Source of the DNA: Felis catus
Lineage: Eukaryota
Length of the DNA stretch: 64,000 bases
Direction: 5' to 3'
NCBI RefSeq assembly: GCF_018350175.1
Contig: NC_058375.1
Span: 26,660,001-26,724,000, forward strand
Both the position numbers and the translations under genes were made by a program. Below, one piece after another: positions 49,471-61,385 of the stretch (positions within the stretch are counted from its first letter, which is position 1; each line of letters starts with the position of its first letter). The notes under the pieces are model-generated. The model was not told where the DNA came from and did no database searches. It saw only the letters and a program-made list of their open reading frames with translations.

Positions 49471-50377
49471 ACTCTGATGAGAAACAACAGCTGTGCCAAT
49501 CAGATTCCCTGATTCAGGAAATGTAACAAAGACCTCAGCAGCAAACAATAGGAGCCAATGTGGACATTCTTCTGCACTGCTTTTTTGCATTGATCTTTTT
49601 TCCCTGGCAAACAGTAAAAATAGCTAACCTTTACTGAGTGCTGGCTATGTGCCACGAGCACTATTATGATGCCTATTTTTAAATAGAGAAAGTGGGGCTC
49701 AAAAAAGTCAAGTAACTTGCCCCAGGTCACTCGGCTGGTAAGGAGCTGAGCTAGAATTCCAATTCATGCCATACATGTAATTACTAAACTGCACCGCCTC
49801 TGCTTAGCTAAGGGGAAAGTCTACACTTAGGGATGGAACTCACATTTATAAAGTACCACTTTGGAGCCAGGTACCTTGTGTTTGCATACATTTTCTCACG
49901 GAACTCTCACAAAGCCCCTGAGATAAATATCACTACTACTGTCATTTTAAAGATGAGAAAACAGAGGCGTTGCCGTGTCTTCCAATGGTTGGAGTGGCGG
50001 GGAGAGAACTCAAGCACAGGCCATCTCTCAGACCTCAGCTCTGCCTATCCCTGTACCATCTGCACAATCAAGCCTGCCTTTTGCATGGGGCGAACTGGGA
50101 GTAATCAGGCCATGACAGGACTGGAAAACCTCAGAAAACTGATGCTGCCCCTGCAAACTCATCACTTAGAGGCCCCTCGGTGGCTTTGAAGGATGTGACT
50201 GAGACCCCCCAGGCTGAGTCAGATCCAGGAGTCCCAAGGCCTCCCAGCTCCCCCAGAACCAGACCTGGGCTCTCTCCATGGGCAGACCTCTGATTTTCAG
50301 GCATAGGCTGAGTATGGGACTGACTCCACCCCCCTTCCTTCCCACCCTTTCCTTCAGGTGTGCTGGACCATCCCTAC

Positions 50378-50450
50378 CTGTCCGGTGGTGAGGGAACGGC
50401 TGTAGCCAGGGATGGAGCTCCGGGGATGGATCCGGGGTGGGACACAGCAG
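50378..50450 (-). CDS. DLGAP3: DLGAP3 coding exon (exon 5), 73 nt
   Basis: cctttcccag|C TGC..CAG|gtaggg; (N)CCVPPRIHPRSSIPGYSRSLTTGQ, phase 2-0. Too short for the ORF track. Confidence 0.96.
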
Positions 50451-50763
50451 CTGGGAAAGGTCAAAATTCCAGATTCAGAATGGGGGTCTGCTAGAAGGGG
50501 GAATAATAGCACTGGGGCCTCTGAGCAGGTTCTATACCTCAGAAACCCCCAGACAGGGATCCTCCCAGGAGACTCCTGGGTGAAGAGACTCTCCTAAAGA
50601 GGCACTCAGAGAGGCACTATCTCACCAGGGACCCCCTCTTTCTGTGGGGCAAAGCGAGACTCCCCCAGTCGAATCCTAGGCAGGGAACCCCTCTGGTGCA
50701 CATCTCCTGCAGGGACCCAGCATCAGCTTCCCACTCTCCGCCCCCAGCCCTCCCTGTCCTTAC

Positions 50764-50969
50764 TTGATCCGGGCCTGGTCCACGCTGGAGGAGCGGCGGG
50801 AGGTGAAGCGCCGGGCGACTGCTTTGGGGGACGTCTTGGGGCTGCCTTCTGANNNNNNNNNNNNNNNNNNNNNNNNNNNNNNNNNNNNNNNNNNNNNNNN
50901 NNNNNNNNNNNNNNNNNNNNNNNNNNNNNNNNNNNNNNNNNNNNNNNNNNNNNNNNNNNNNNNNNNNNN
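50764..50969 (-). CDS. DLGAP3: DLGAP3 coding exon (exon 4); 5' part in N-gap
   Basis: Visible 50764-50852 reads SEGSPKTSPKAVARRFTSRRSSSVDQARI AA|gtaagg. The 50969 boundary is inferred from the recalled 206-nt human exon. Confidence 0.85.
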
Positions 50970-51379
50970 NNNNNNNNNNNNNNNCTTCTGTCTCTCAGAC
51001 ACGTCCCTATGAAATCTAGAAGCCAGAACTCTCTATCCCCATTGCCGGGGCGCTCTGCTAGCTGGAGCAGGCCATGCTCAGGGGCATGCAGAAGCGGAGC
51101 CGGAGGTAAGGTTTCAGCTGTCCCCTCCCTTACAGGAGATGCCTCATCATCCTCCATGGACCTTTTACTACTTAATTGAGGGCCACCTATGGAGTCTTGG
51201 AGGTGATATGCCAAGTGCCAAGAGGTTGAAGATCGGAGGCCAAAGTGACCTGTGTTGACCCACCCCCCCGCAGTGAAGTATCACCTGCCCTCACCTTTCA
51301 CCCCTCCTGCTCCTTCCTTCTCTTAACCTGCTGACATCCTAAATCCTCCAACTCTCCCTCCTTCCCTCTCTGAGGAGTC

Positions 51380-52125
51380 ACAGAGGGCTCTAAGCAGGGA
51401 AGTGCCATCAAATTTGGTTCAGAAAGAGCGCTCTGACAGTCCAAAGGGGGGATGCACTGTGTAGCGCTGGGAGAAGGGCAGGGGATCGAGTGGCAGGAGG
51501 GAGACCAATTAAAAGGCTTATGCTGTTAGCCAGGCAAGAGATGATGAGCCTAAATTAAGACCATGACAATGAGGGGGACGAGGAGATGGAAATGAGGTGT
51601 TAAGGAGCATCAGTGAGCCTGATTAGATGTAGGGGGTGAGGGGGTGGTGGGGGGTGCGCTGGGAGGAGTCACAGATGACTGGGAGGCTGCTGGCTGAGGA
51701 CCTGGGGGATGGTGCTGTTGTTCACTGAGCCACAGAATCCCAGAGAAGCAGGTTTGGGGAAGAGGTGATAGGTCAGGGTTGAGCATCTTAAGTCTGGCAG
51801 AGAACTACTGAGCAGGTGGTTGGATGTTCAGTTCTGGAGTTCACTGGAGAAATCTGGGTTGGAGGCAGACACGTGGGAGTCATGGGCGGCAGCTGAATCC
51901 ATAGGGGTGAATGAAACAGCCCAGGGGAAAGAAGAAAGAGAGCTGGGGAGGGATTCACTGACATTTAAAAAGGGGACTGCAAAGAAAGGAAGAAAAGCCT
52001 ATGAAGTCACCTGAGAAGGAGTGGGCAGAGGGGTAGGAGGGAAGTCAGGAGAATGCCATGTCATGGAAACGGGAGACATTTCCAGAATAAAAGGAGTTGA
52101 TAATGTCAAATGCCACAGTGCATTG
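51380..52125 (-). mobile_element. L2 fragment
   Basis: Purine-rich reverse L2 text (caggcaagagatgatgag, ggatgttcagttctggagttcactggagaaatctggg). Confidence 0.6.
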
Positions 52126-52350
52126 AGAGGTTAGTAATTCGGGCTGAGGAGTTAAAATCCATGTTCAAAATCTCGCCCCGTCACTTGCTAGGCAAACTTG
52201 GGCAAAACTGATTACTCTCTCAGTTTCCTCATCTATGAATCAGTAATGACAATTATGCCTACATCCCAGGGTTGGTGGGAAGGATAAATAAGTCAATATG
52301 ACATGCCCAGCACATAGTAAGTCCTCAGTAAGTGTTAGCTATTATTATTA
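52125..52350 (+). mobile_element. MIR
   Basis: ctcagtttcctcatctatg..gcccagcacatagtaagtcctcagtaagtgttagctattatta. Confidence 0.7.
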
Positions 52351-54389
52351 TAAGCCTTGAAAAGTGCCTTTCAAGGAGAGCTTTCAAGAGACTACTGGGG
52401 ACCAATGCCAGAACATTTTAGAGGACAGGGGATGTGGATGTCAGACTGTAATAAAGGGAGAATGAAAGGAAGTGAAGGTGTAGAACCTATGCTTTAAGAA
52501 CTTGGGTATGAAGAGAAGACAGTAGACAGAAGGGGGTACGGAGTTGAAGATTTTGTAGGATGAGAGACTTGGGCATGTTTTCAGAATAAGAGAAAGAGCC
52601 AGTAAAGACAAAGCTAGCCTTTAAATGTAGGATGGAGAAGGGGCGGTCAATTCAGGGATAGAGGGGATCCCGGGGAGATGGGCTCAAACCCTGCTGGAGG
52701 GATCAGTCTGGGTGAGTGGTCTTGGCTTTTTCTCTGAGCCAAGAAGGAAGGCAATGGGGGTGGCTGGGGATCTAGACGAATCCGTAGGTGGCTGACAGGA
52801 AGGTGAGGGAACCTGTGATGGTTGGCCTACACTAGGAAGAATGACGTATAAATAGAGGTGTGGGGGAGAGGGCTGGGGCAGGCAAGGAAGATTTCGAACA
52901 CCTGTTGTAAGAAACAGGTTGAATGGGGTGAGGATGGAGACTAAGAAGGTCAATATTCAGGGACAGCATAGGGTTCAGGGGAGGAACAGAGACTCTGGGG
53001 GTGAGGCTAGGTGAAGGGACAGAGATAAATATGAGAACAGAGACCCAGGGACGGAATGGGTTCCCAGGATGGAAGTAACCCACCAGGAGGAGCAGGGCTC
53101 AGTGAAGATGCTGGAACTCAATCAGAAGAGGGTAACGCAGGGAGGAACATAAAGGAACAAGGGCTCTGAGGACAAAGAGGGGTTCAAAAGAGGGTTGAGG
53201 GAGAGCTGAGGTCCAGTGGGAGAAATAGGGTCTCAACAAAAGGGTTAAGGATCCAACAAAGACACCTGGTCTGATGGGGCCAGCTTCCCTTGCTTTTGTG
53301 CAAGGTCCCTGCAATCTGTTAGTTCTCCCCCAAACAGGCTCTGACTTTGCAATCCTCAGATGTCTTAGAACCCCAGACCCCAAGGAATCATTCCCTTCCC
53401 TGCACTCTACAGAGAGGAGCCACAAGCAAGCAGAGAGAGACAGGCCAGCAGATGGGATAGCCAGGGCACTCTCTGCCACACTGCAGGGCTCCCACTCCAC
53501 AGCCACTGCAGCTCCTCGCTCCTCTGCAGGACACTGTGAGGTGCATGTTAAAAAGGAAGCCCCCAGAGAGGTCAGGGCAGCCCTGGAGAAGCAGCAGGAG
53601 GCAGCGGAGTGGCAGTGAAGCTCCAGGGACAGCCAGGGCTCAGTTATAGCAGAAGAAGGGCTGGTGTTCCCTCCTTGGCCCTTTCTGCTGGACCCTTCAA
53701 ATCCCAACTTAGAGGACCTCTCTACCCAGGAAAGGGGCAATTCAAGGACAACCCAGAAGTCCTGAATCCAAGAAGTTTCTAACCTTCCCTACTGTCTGCC
53801 CCCCCGCCCCCCGCCCTTCTTGCTTTCCCTTGAGCTCTTGTAAGTTCTCCACCCAGAAGAGCCCTAACGTGTGAAGAACTTACCAGCAAGGCCAGGGACA
53901 CCCAAAAGACACATGCAAGGTCAATTCTCTGTACCTTTGAACAAGCTGTAGCCTCTTCCTGGAAGACCCTTAATCCTCTTCTGCATTCGACCAACTCCAG
54001 CTCCACCAGGATTCAGCTCAGGGGCCATTCTCCCCCGAAGCTGCTCTGAGCAGTCCCCTGGCCACCACCACCCCAGGTGGGTGAGGTGCCCCCTCTGTGC
54101 CCCCACGGTGCCTCGGGCACTGTGCTATCACAGCCTCATCACTCTATTCTACCTGCTTCCTTGTCAATCCCACCTCGACCCTGTGGGCTCCTCACAAGCA
54201 GCGTCTGTGTCTTCATCTTTATATCCACAGCACCCAGGAAAGCTCACTGAATGAATGACTGTGGATTAAACACGTGGAATGTGGGTTTGGGGGATAACTC
54301 TAAGTCTGCTGGACTTCCAGACCTTGTAATGACTTTTCCTCCTAAACCCATGGGAGGCCTCAAGAAGTCCAGGGTGGGGTGGGGTGGGA

Positions 54390-54515
54390 GGGTTGGCTGG
54401 CTGGCTCAGTAGGAAAAACATGTGACTCTTGATCTCGGGGTCATGAGTTCGAGCCCCATGTTGGGCATAGAGATTATAAAATAAATGAAACTTAAAAAAA
54501 AAAAAAAAAAAAGCA
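54390..54515 (+). mobile_element. Short tRNA-derived SINE
   Basis: gctggctcagtagg..gatctcggggtcatgagttcgagccccatg and A tail. Confidence 0.75.
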
Positions 54516-55390
54516 AGTCAGGGGTATGAGGGGTATGGGAGAGGGTCCTGAGGCAGAGAAAAGGAAGGTTGAGAGAGAAGATGGTGAGAAGAACCCGATC
54601 CCACCTCAGTGAGAAGATGGAGAGGGGACAGTGTGGGATGGATAAGGGCTCCATAAGGAGGAGTCAGAACTCCTCGCCTCACCTGCAGAGACCACACAAG
54701 TGGTGAGACAGGATGGAGACAGCATGCCAACTATCACGGGCACAATCCACTCCCTAGAAGCCCTGCCCTGGTGTTGTATCTGGGCCTCAGACTTCAGTGT
54801 GTCCCCAGCCTAGGAAAACCCACAGGACAGGCTCCCAAGGCTCTTCCACAGCCTTGTGGTGTCCTACTGCAGGCACCCCAGAATGACAAACCCCAGCACA
54901 GGCACATTCTGGAAATAACTGACCTTCATATTCAAACAGTATCTGGACCACCCAGATCTGAGCAGAAAAGAGGTCTGGAGAAGGCCTGGGGGCAGGAGAA
55001 CTGCTTTCCAACTGCTGACCTCTAATCTCAAGGGAAGCAACTGCCAGGGAGTACCACACTGTCCTGTCCACTGCCTACCCTCAACCTCATTCTGCCTCCG
55101 AGCTCATGAGACAGAGGCCAGCACAGCTTGTCCAAACAGCAGGTCGAAGGGAGGTCTTCCTGGCAGTGACATATAATGTCAGAATAGAAGGGCCTCTTCG
55201 TTGTACAAATGGGGAAACCGAGATCCCAAAAGGGGCTCGAGGTGACACAGTGAGGCCAGGCAGAACCTCCCTGCCTCCAGGCCTCCATCATGGGGACAAC
55301 TGACTCCCATCCAACCCCTTTGATAGCTCCCCGGGTGACAACCTCAATGAGGACTGAGGACCCTGTTCCCCACCCCCACCAAAACCTCAC

Positions 55391-56497
55391 CTGCAGATAG
55401 TGATAAGTCCTGGCTTTGGCCTTGGCCTCCGGACCCAGGAGTCCCTTGCCTGGCCCAGCCCCTGGGTATCCATCCCGGCCCTGGCTGACCATCATGGTGT
55501 GCCAGGCACTTCGCTTGACCGATTGTCCATCCAGTGACATGGACATGCCAGTGCAGGCGAGACAGCGGCCTTCTGACCCGCCCGAGCGCCCCTTGAAGCT
55601 CAAGTCCCGGTAGGACCCATCTGGAGCCTCCAGGCAGAAGGGACCACCAGGCTCCCCAGGGGGCCGCCCACCCGCTAGGAAGCCGCTATCGCTGTCCAAG
55701 TTGTCATCAGAGCTCCACCAGCCAGCGGCCTTGGNNNNNNNNNNNNNNNNNNNNNNNNNNNNNNNNNNNNNNNNNNNNNNNNNNNNNNNNNNNNNNNNNN
55801 NNNNNNNNNNNNNNNNNNNNNNNNNNNNNNNNNNNNNNNNNNNNNNNNNNNNNNNNNNNNNNNNNNNNNNNNNNNNNNNNNNNNNNNNNNNNNNNNNNNN
55901 NNNNNNNNNNNNNNNNNNNNNNNNNNNNNNNNNNNNNNAAGAGTGGGACTTGGCGAAGAGCTTCTGCACAGAGTGAACCAGGTGCCGGATGCGGCTGGGG
56001 CTCTCGCTGCGGGCCTCCGGGGCAGTGCCAGACGCTGGCCCTGACCCGGGCCCGGCCCCTGCTGGACCTCGCTGGTATGGGAGTGTGTGGAAGCCATCTT
56101 GTTGAACTGGCAACTGCTTTTCAAACTGGTCCAGGAGTGTAGAAGGCAGGCGGGGGGCACCCTTGCCCTGAGGGTGGCCCACACAGTCTTCACAAGTGTC
56201 GAAGGGGCCCTGGCCGGGGTACATCCTGGGGAAGGTGCTGCTCCCCCCCCCAACCCCGGCCCCCCCTGGCCCTCCCTCAGGGCCTACTGATGGCCCTTCA
56301 CTCAGGCTCAGGGGCCCTTCAGGAGAAAGGTGTCCCAGGCCAGCTCTCGGGGCACAGAAGCGGGGCTCGGTGGAGAAGGCCTCCCCGGAGCCCAGCAGGT
56401 ACGGGGCCCTGGCAGCTGGGCCCACGTCCANNNNNNNNNNNNNNNNNNNNNNNNNNNNNNNNNNNNNNNNNNNNNNNNNNNNNNNNNNNNNNNNNNN
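55391..56497 (-). CDS. DLGAP3: DLGAP3 first coding exon (exon 3); start codon and His-rich tract in N-gaps
   Basis: Visible: (M)DVGPAARAPYLLG...RIRHLVHSVQKLFAKSHS [gap] KAAGWWSSDDNLDSDSGF...ARTYHYLQ|gtgagg. The frame is preserved across the gap. 56497 is inferred by adding 22 recalled N-terminal codons. Confidence 0.92.
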
Positions 56498-56863
56498 NNN
56501 NNNNNNNNNNNNNNNNNNNNNNNNNNNNNNNNNNNNNNNNNNNNNNNNNNNNNNNNNNNNNNAGAAAAAGGATTTGGAATGAACAACAGGCCACTTCACC
56601 TAAAACTATCTATTATTAGGTATTCCAGTATCCCTTTAGGTAATGCATATCAATTGATTGTAATTAATTGTACTATCTTTCCACAAATGAGCTTCAAATT
56701 CCTTAAAACAGTCATACTAGACAAAGACACAAGGGCACAAAATAACGCCATCATTCGTCAAATGCTGCAAATTTGATAAATACTTATTCACAAGACAAAA
56801 TACCCTCAGCCAAATGAGTTTCTAAAAATCCTTAGGGTACCCAAAATAAAAGGATACCCAAAC

Positions 56864-56867
<4 letters not shown>

Positions 56868-56916
<49 letters not shown>
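56868..56916. repeat. (TA)n microsatellite
   Basis: About 24 TA units. Confidence 0.95.
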
Positions 56917-56920
<4 letters not shown>

Positions 56921-57844
56921 CCAGTCATTAGGTGAACTAGCTTTCAACAAACTGGCTGTAGGCAAATTGATCCAGAGCCACACCTCTGCCCCAGCCCTAC
57001 CCACACCCACTGCTTCGAGGAGCCAGGCCTCAGGGTCATGGCCTCCAGCAGCAGCAACCAAAGAGAACGCTGGACCTGCATCTACATACCCACCCCCTCC
57101 CCTTCTTTCCACACCCTGTTCCTTCCATCTGGCTGCAGGCTCATTCTCCTCCCTCCCACACCCCCCCCCCACCCACTCCAGGGCTGAGACAGGAAGGAAT
57201 AACCTAAGATGACTGCCTCTTCTTCTTCTGGGTTCCAAGTGTTCCCCAGTGAAATTTCCCCTTTTGCCTTTCACTCCCATTGGCCACCCCCATTCCACTG
57301 TAGGGGAGTCACACAGGGAGGAGAAACCATAAAGAGAAAGAACGTTGGTTGTACAAGGCAGCATCTAAATCCTAAACTGGGATTGGAACTCAGGAGTTCC
57401 TCCTCCCAGGAACGGTAGGCTGGAAGGGCAGGGAGGTGGTGGAGAGAAAGCATTGGAACCAGTGCCCCTGGCCCCCATCCCAGGCTTGCCAAGGCTACAG
57501 GACAGAGAGGTCAGCTCTCAGCAAGAACTGCCTCCAATCAGGACTCCAGAGCTGCCAGGACAGGAGCTACAGCAGGAGGGGGTGTCAGCAGGAGGGACAG
57601 GGACTGAGGAGCTGGCAGACGGCGCCCTCCCTCATCCTAGACCAGGCTCCTGGGCCATCTGCTGACTAGGAGGGGATGACAGCCTCAAAGACTCCAGACA
57701 GCAGCACCTCCGAGACCCATCCTCCATTCCTCCCCGCCACCACCTCTCCATATCCACTGTTTCAGGTTGCATCCAGAATAACCCAAGTCATTCTGATTTC
57801 GGAACCTCAATCTACTCCTCATCTCCCAGGCTCCTACAACTCAC

Positions 57845-57927
57845 CATCTGGGGTTTCCCATCCTTGGTGTCAGGATCCCCACCACCAAACAGAATTCTAA
57901 CTTCAGAAGGCTCAGGACCACTGGCTC
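57845..57927 (-). other. DLGAP3: DLGAP3 5' UTR exon (exon 2), 83 nt
   Basis: Long polypyrimidine acceptor cttcttttgctcactactcttcttttccatcag| and consensus donor ATG|GTGAGT, about 1.3 kb upstream of the first coding exon. Confidence 0.8.
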
Positions 57928-58094
57928 CTGATGGAAAAGAAGAGTAGTGAGCAAAAGAAGAGATTCTCCCAGAGTCCTCAGAGGACCAGCCTCTGGCCTT
58001 GACAGTTTCCCTTCCCAACCCCCCAAACCAGGACTGATTAGATCCCCCATGATGCAGAGCCTTTGGACCCCCGGGAAATGAAGTTGGCTTCATT

Positions 58095-58112
58095 ATGCAA
58101 ATACATGCAAAT
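58095..58112 (+). promoter_or_regulatory. Tandem octamer (POU) motifs
   Basis: ATGCAAAT at 58095-58102 and 58105-58112. Confidence 0.6.
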
Positions 58113-58153
58113 GAGCTTACAGGTTGGACTACCTCCAACTGCAGGTGTCTGTG

Positions 58154-58174
58154 TGATCTGTCCATGGTGCTGAG
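58154..58174 (-). promoter_or_regulatory. RE1/NRSE (REST-binding) element
   Basis: Minus strand CTCAGCACCATGGACAGATCA: both half-sites, TCAGCACC and GGACAG, with the canonical 2-nt spacer. Confidence 0.75.
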
Positions 58175-60309
58175 CCACTGCTTTTTTTTTTTTTTTTTCC
58201 TCCATTGCCCTCAAATATAACTCCATTCCACAAATATTTGTTGAGCAGCTACCATAAGTAAGACTCTAAGTAAGAAGTGTGTAGAGGTGATTTAAGTGTG
58301 GTCTCTGTCATTGAGAGGCTTATAGTCTAACAAGGGACCAATCCCACATGACAGGGTTATTTTAAGTCGCTATATTTTTGCACAAGCTGTACCCTCCTCC
58401 TAGAATCTCCTTCCATCTACTCCCTTCAACCCTTTCTCTTGGCTAACACTTATCCAGATGAAGCTTCACCGTCCCTTAAAGACTTTCTGTACTCTTATTC
58501 TGGGTTATATCTCTCTATTGGGCTTTCATAACACCCTGGGTTCCCCCATGAAAGAAACATAATACTGCATTGAAATTGTCTGTTTCAGTTTCTGTCCTCT
58601 CAACTAGAAAGTGGTCTTTTGCAGTGTAGGAACCATATCTATTTATCTCTGAATCTCCAACACCTCACTCAGGGCTTTGTCCAGAGCAGGTGCTTAATAA
58701 ATTGTTCACCAAGTAGATGAATAAATGACTGGACTAGAAAGGGGTAGCAAAACATTATGCTAGTTCAGATGAAGACAGGAACAGATTTAATAGAGGGAGA
58801 GTGAGGAGGCTTCCCAGAGAACGATGTGTTTGGGATGGAGAACAAGATGGCTGTGTGTTCTGAAGACAAAGTGGTGGGGGAGAGAGAATTCCCAGAGGAG
58901 GAAACAGGAGGCACAAAGGCAGAAGAGGTGGGCAAATAAGGAATTCTTAGGGGTGGGCTGTGGGAGTTCCAGCAGACATTTAGGGTTTGGCAAATACTGG
59001 GATGAGGTGGGAGAGAGAGAGAGAGAGTCAGGAAGGAAGACAACTCTGAAGTTTGCAGCAGCCGTGACTGGAAGACTAATGATGCCATTATTAGACACAG
59101 GGATGTCAGGAAGAAGAGCTAGCTTTGCAGGCATGATTAATAGTAGTGGAAGAGACACAGTCAGACATCAGGAAGAACTTCCTGACCCTGAGGAATGTGA
59201 GACAACGGAGACAATGGTGGAGTCTCCTGGAAATCTTCCACAGAGGAGAGGGTGAGACATGCCCAGCCCCTGGCCCACCCTGTGGCCTGGACTGGAAAAG
59301 CTGTTGGTTACCTTTTCTGGAGAGAACCTGGGGTGACCTCACAGATATCAACTGCTTGGCTCTAGATAACAATTCTTCCCCACTGCCCTTCTCTGGGGAA
59401 GCAGAAGTGACTTCAGACCAAGAGGCCTCACAAGCAGTTGTTGGAAAAGCTCTTGGAAGCATCTCTTTGCTTTGGAAAGAAATTTTGATAGCCTGGTCCT
59501 TCATCCACATCATGATCCTCCTCCTCTTGCCCAGGCAGGACCCACGTTTGAGACTCACAGCACAAAAGTGAGTCAGACCATCTCATTTGCTTTGTTTGTG
59601 GTCACATCAAGGAGTGTCATGCTGAGCTTACCAAGGGTAGATGTTCCCAGGCTCCCCCTACTCCTTGGCCCCGCCTCACACAGGTGCTGCTGTGAAGCCT
59701 CTGAACCTCCATCAAGATTATCAAACTTCAGTCCCTTTAGCATCAGCCCATGTTCTCCCAGCTCTAAGTCTCAGGGGAGATGGGCTTCTCTTCAGACAAA
59801 CTACCCATGTCCTATAGGGTAGCACTGGGTAGTGGAAAAAGTACAAGCTCTGAGACCAGAAGGTGTGTGACACTAGACAAGTGACCAGATGATGCCCACT
59901 CATCTATCTCCCAGGATCTTAATATCAAGTGATAAAATGTATATGAAACCATTTTATGAACTCTAAAAGATTACACAATGTAATCCCTCATGTGAATGCT
60001 TTATTCTGAATTTGCAAAATCCCCAATATCCAAATACTAAACTATGATCAAATGCAAACTGCTGGGGGAAGGAGATACCCAATTTACGGATTTCCTAAAG
60101 AAAAGACATCATTGATGTAGATTGGATTATACAGGCTTCCTCTTATATGGTATGCTTTACCATCACATTCTCCTGCTGTCACCTTATATACTAATCCATA
60201 GAGAGGCAAAACAAGCAAGGAGGGGACTAATAATTCCATCTATCACCAAGACCTACGGATTTTGCTTCCTAAAAATAGATCTGCCCACTATTTCCATATC
60301 CACCAACAA

Positions 60310-60730
60310 TGGTTGGCTGCCTAGCTAAAACTCACTCTCAACCTCCCTTCCCCCTTCCCAGCACCTGTAACTAGAGGCTACAGGATTCACTTTTGGCTAA
60401 TGATACATACATAAAACTCGATGGTTTCTGGAAAATATTCTGCCTTTGTGATAAAAGGAGTGGAGCTTGCTAGTACCATCCTTCCTCCCTTTCTTCTAGG
60501 CTTGAATACAACCATGAAGCCATGAGCTAAGGCGGCCTGTCTTGCCACCATGAGAGAAAGGCCTAGAGAATCCCAGAAATGCTAGTCCTGGAGTCATTGA
60601 GCCATGGAACCAACATAAGCCGTCTGCCTTCCTCTGGGCCTAAATGTGGTAAGAAATAAACTCTTCTTTATTTAAACCATTGTTGGCCAGGTTTTCTGTA
60701 TTTGTAAGTAGAAAGCACCACTAACCAATC
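60310..60730 (+). mobile_element. MaLR LTR (MLT1J/K-like)
   Basis: ggttggctgcctagctaaaac..ggcggcctgtcttgccaccatgag..aaataaactcttcttatttaaacc. Confidence 0.6.
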
Positions 60731-60734
60731 CACC

Positions 60735-61385
60735 TAACTCAGAACACCATCTCCTGCCTGAGCATCTGAAAAATCTCCTAACTGGTCTCCCTACTTCCTT
60801 TCCTACCCAGCTTCCAATCCAAATGGTCACTTGGAAACAGAAATCTGATATTGTCACTTTTCTGCTTAAACCTCTTTATTGGCTTATTGATGTTCTTAAG
60901 ATAAAACACCATAACCTGTCCAACAAGGCCTGCAGGGTCCGGCCCTTCCTACGTTTCCAACACCCTCTCACAACATGCTCCCCCTTGCTTTCTCTGCTCC
61001 AACCAGGCCACTCTTTTTGCAATCCCATGATCCCATCAGGGACCTGTTCCCCCTGTCCAGAAAGCTTTTCCCGCCCACCTCTGCCTTGTTAACTCCTACA
61101 CACCCTTCAGATCTCAGCCCCGTTGTTGCTTCCTCGGGGCAGCTTTCTCTGGCCTCCCCGACTAGGTCAGATCTCCCTGCTGTTTGCTCTCAAGGCATTA
61201 GGCACCTGTATAGCTCTTATATCATTACCATTTTCAATGTGTGTGATTTGGAGATTGTCTGTCTCTCCCACTACACTGTAAGCTCCATGTGAGTGTAGGA
61301 ATTTCATCCATCTTATTCACCCCCGCCCCCAGAATGATGCTTGGCATATGGCAGGTGTTTGTTGAGTGAATGTGAGCATTTCACT
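60735..61385 (+). mobile_element. L2 3' fragment
   Basis: ctcctaactggtctccctacttcc..tgcttggcatatggcaggtgtttgttgagtgaatg. Confidence 0.65.

Noticed and set aside
3846-54515. tRNA-like A/B boxes and recurring ORFs such as MAQSVERPTSAQV...
   Set aside because: These are the heads and reading frames of Can-SINEs, not tRNA genes or proteins.
60269-60278. MEF2 consensus CTAAAAATAG in DLGAP3 intron 1
   Set aside because: Several matches to the degenerate MEF2 consensus are expected by chance in 64 kb, and this one is isolated.
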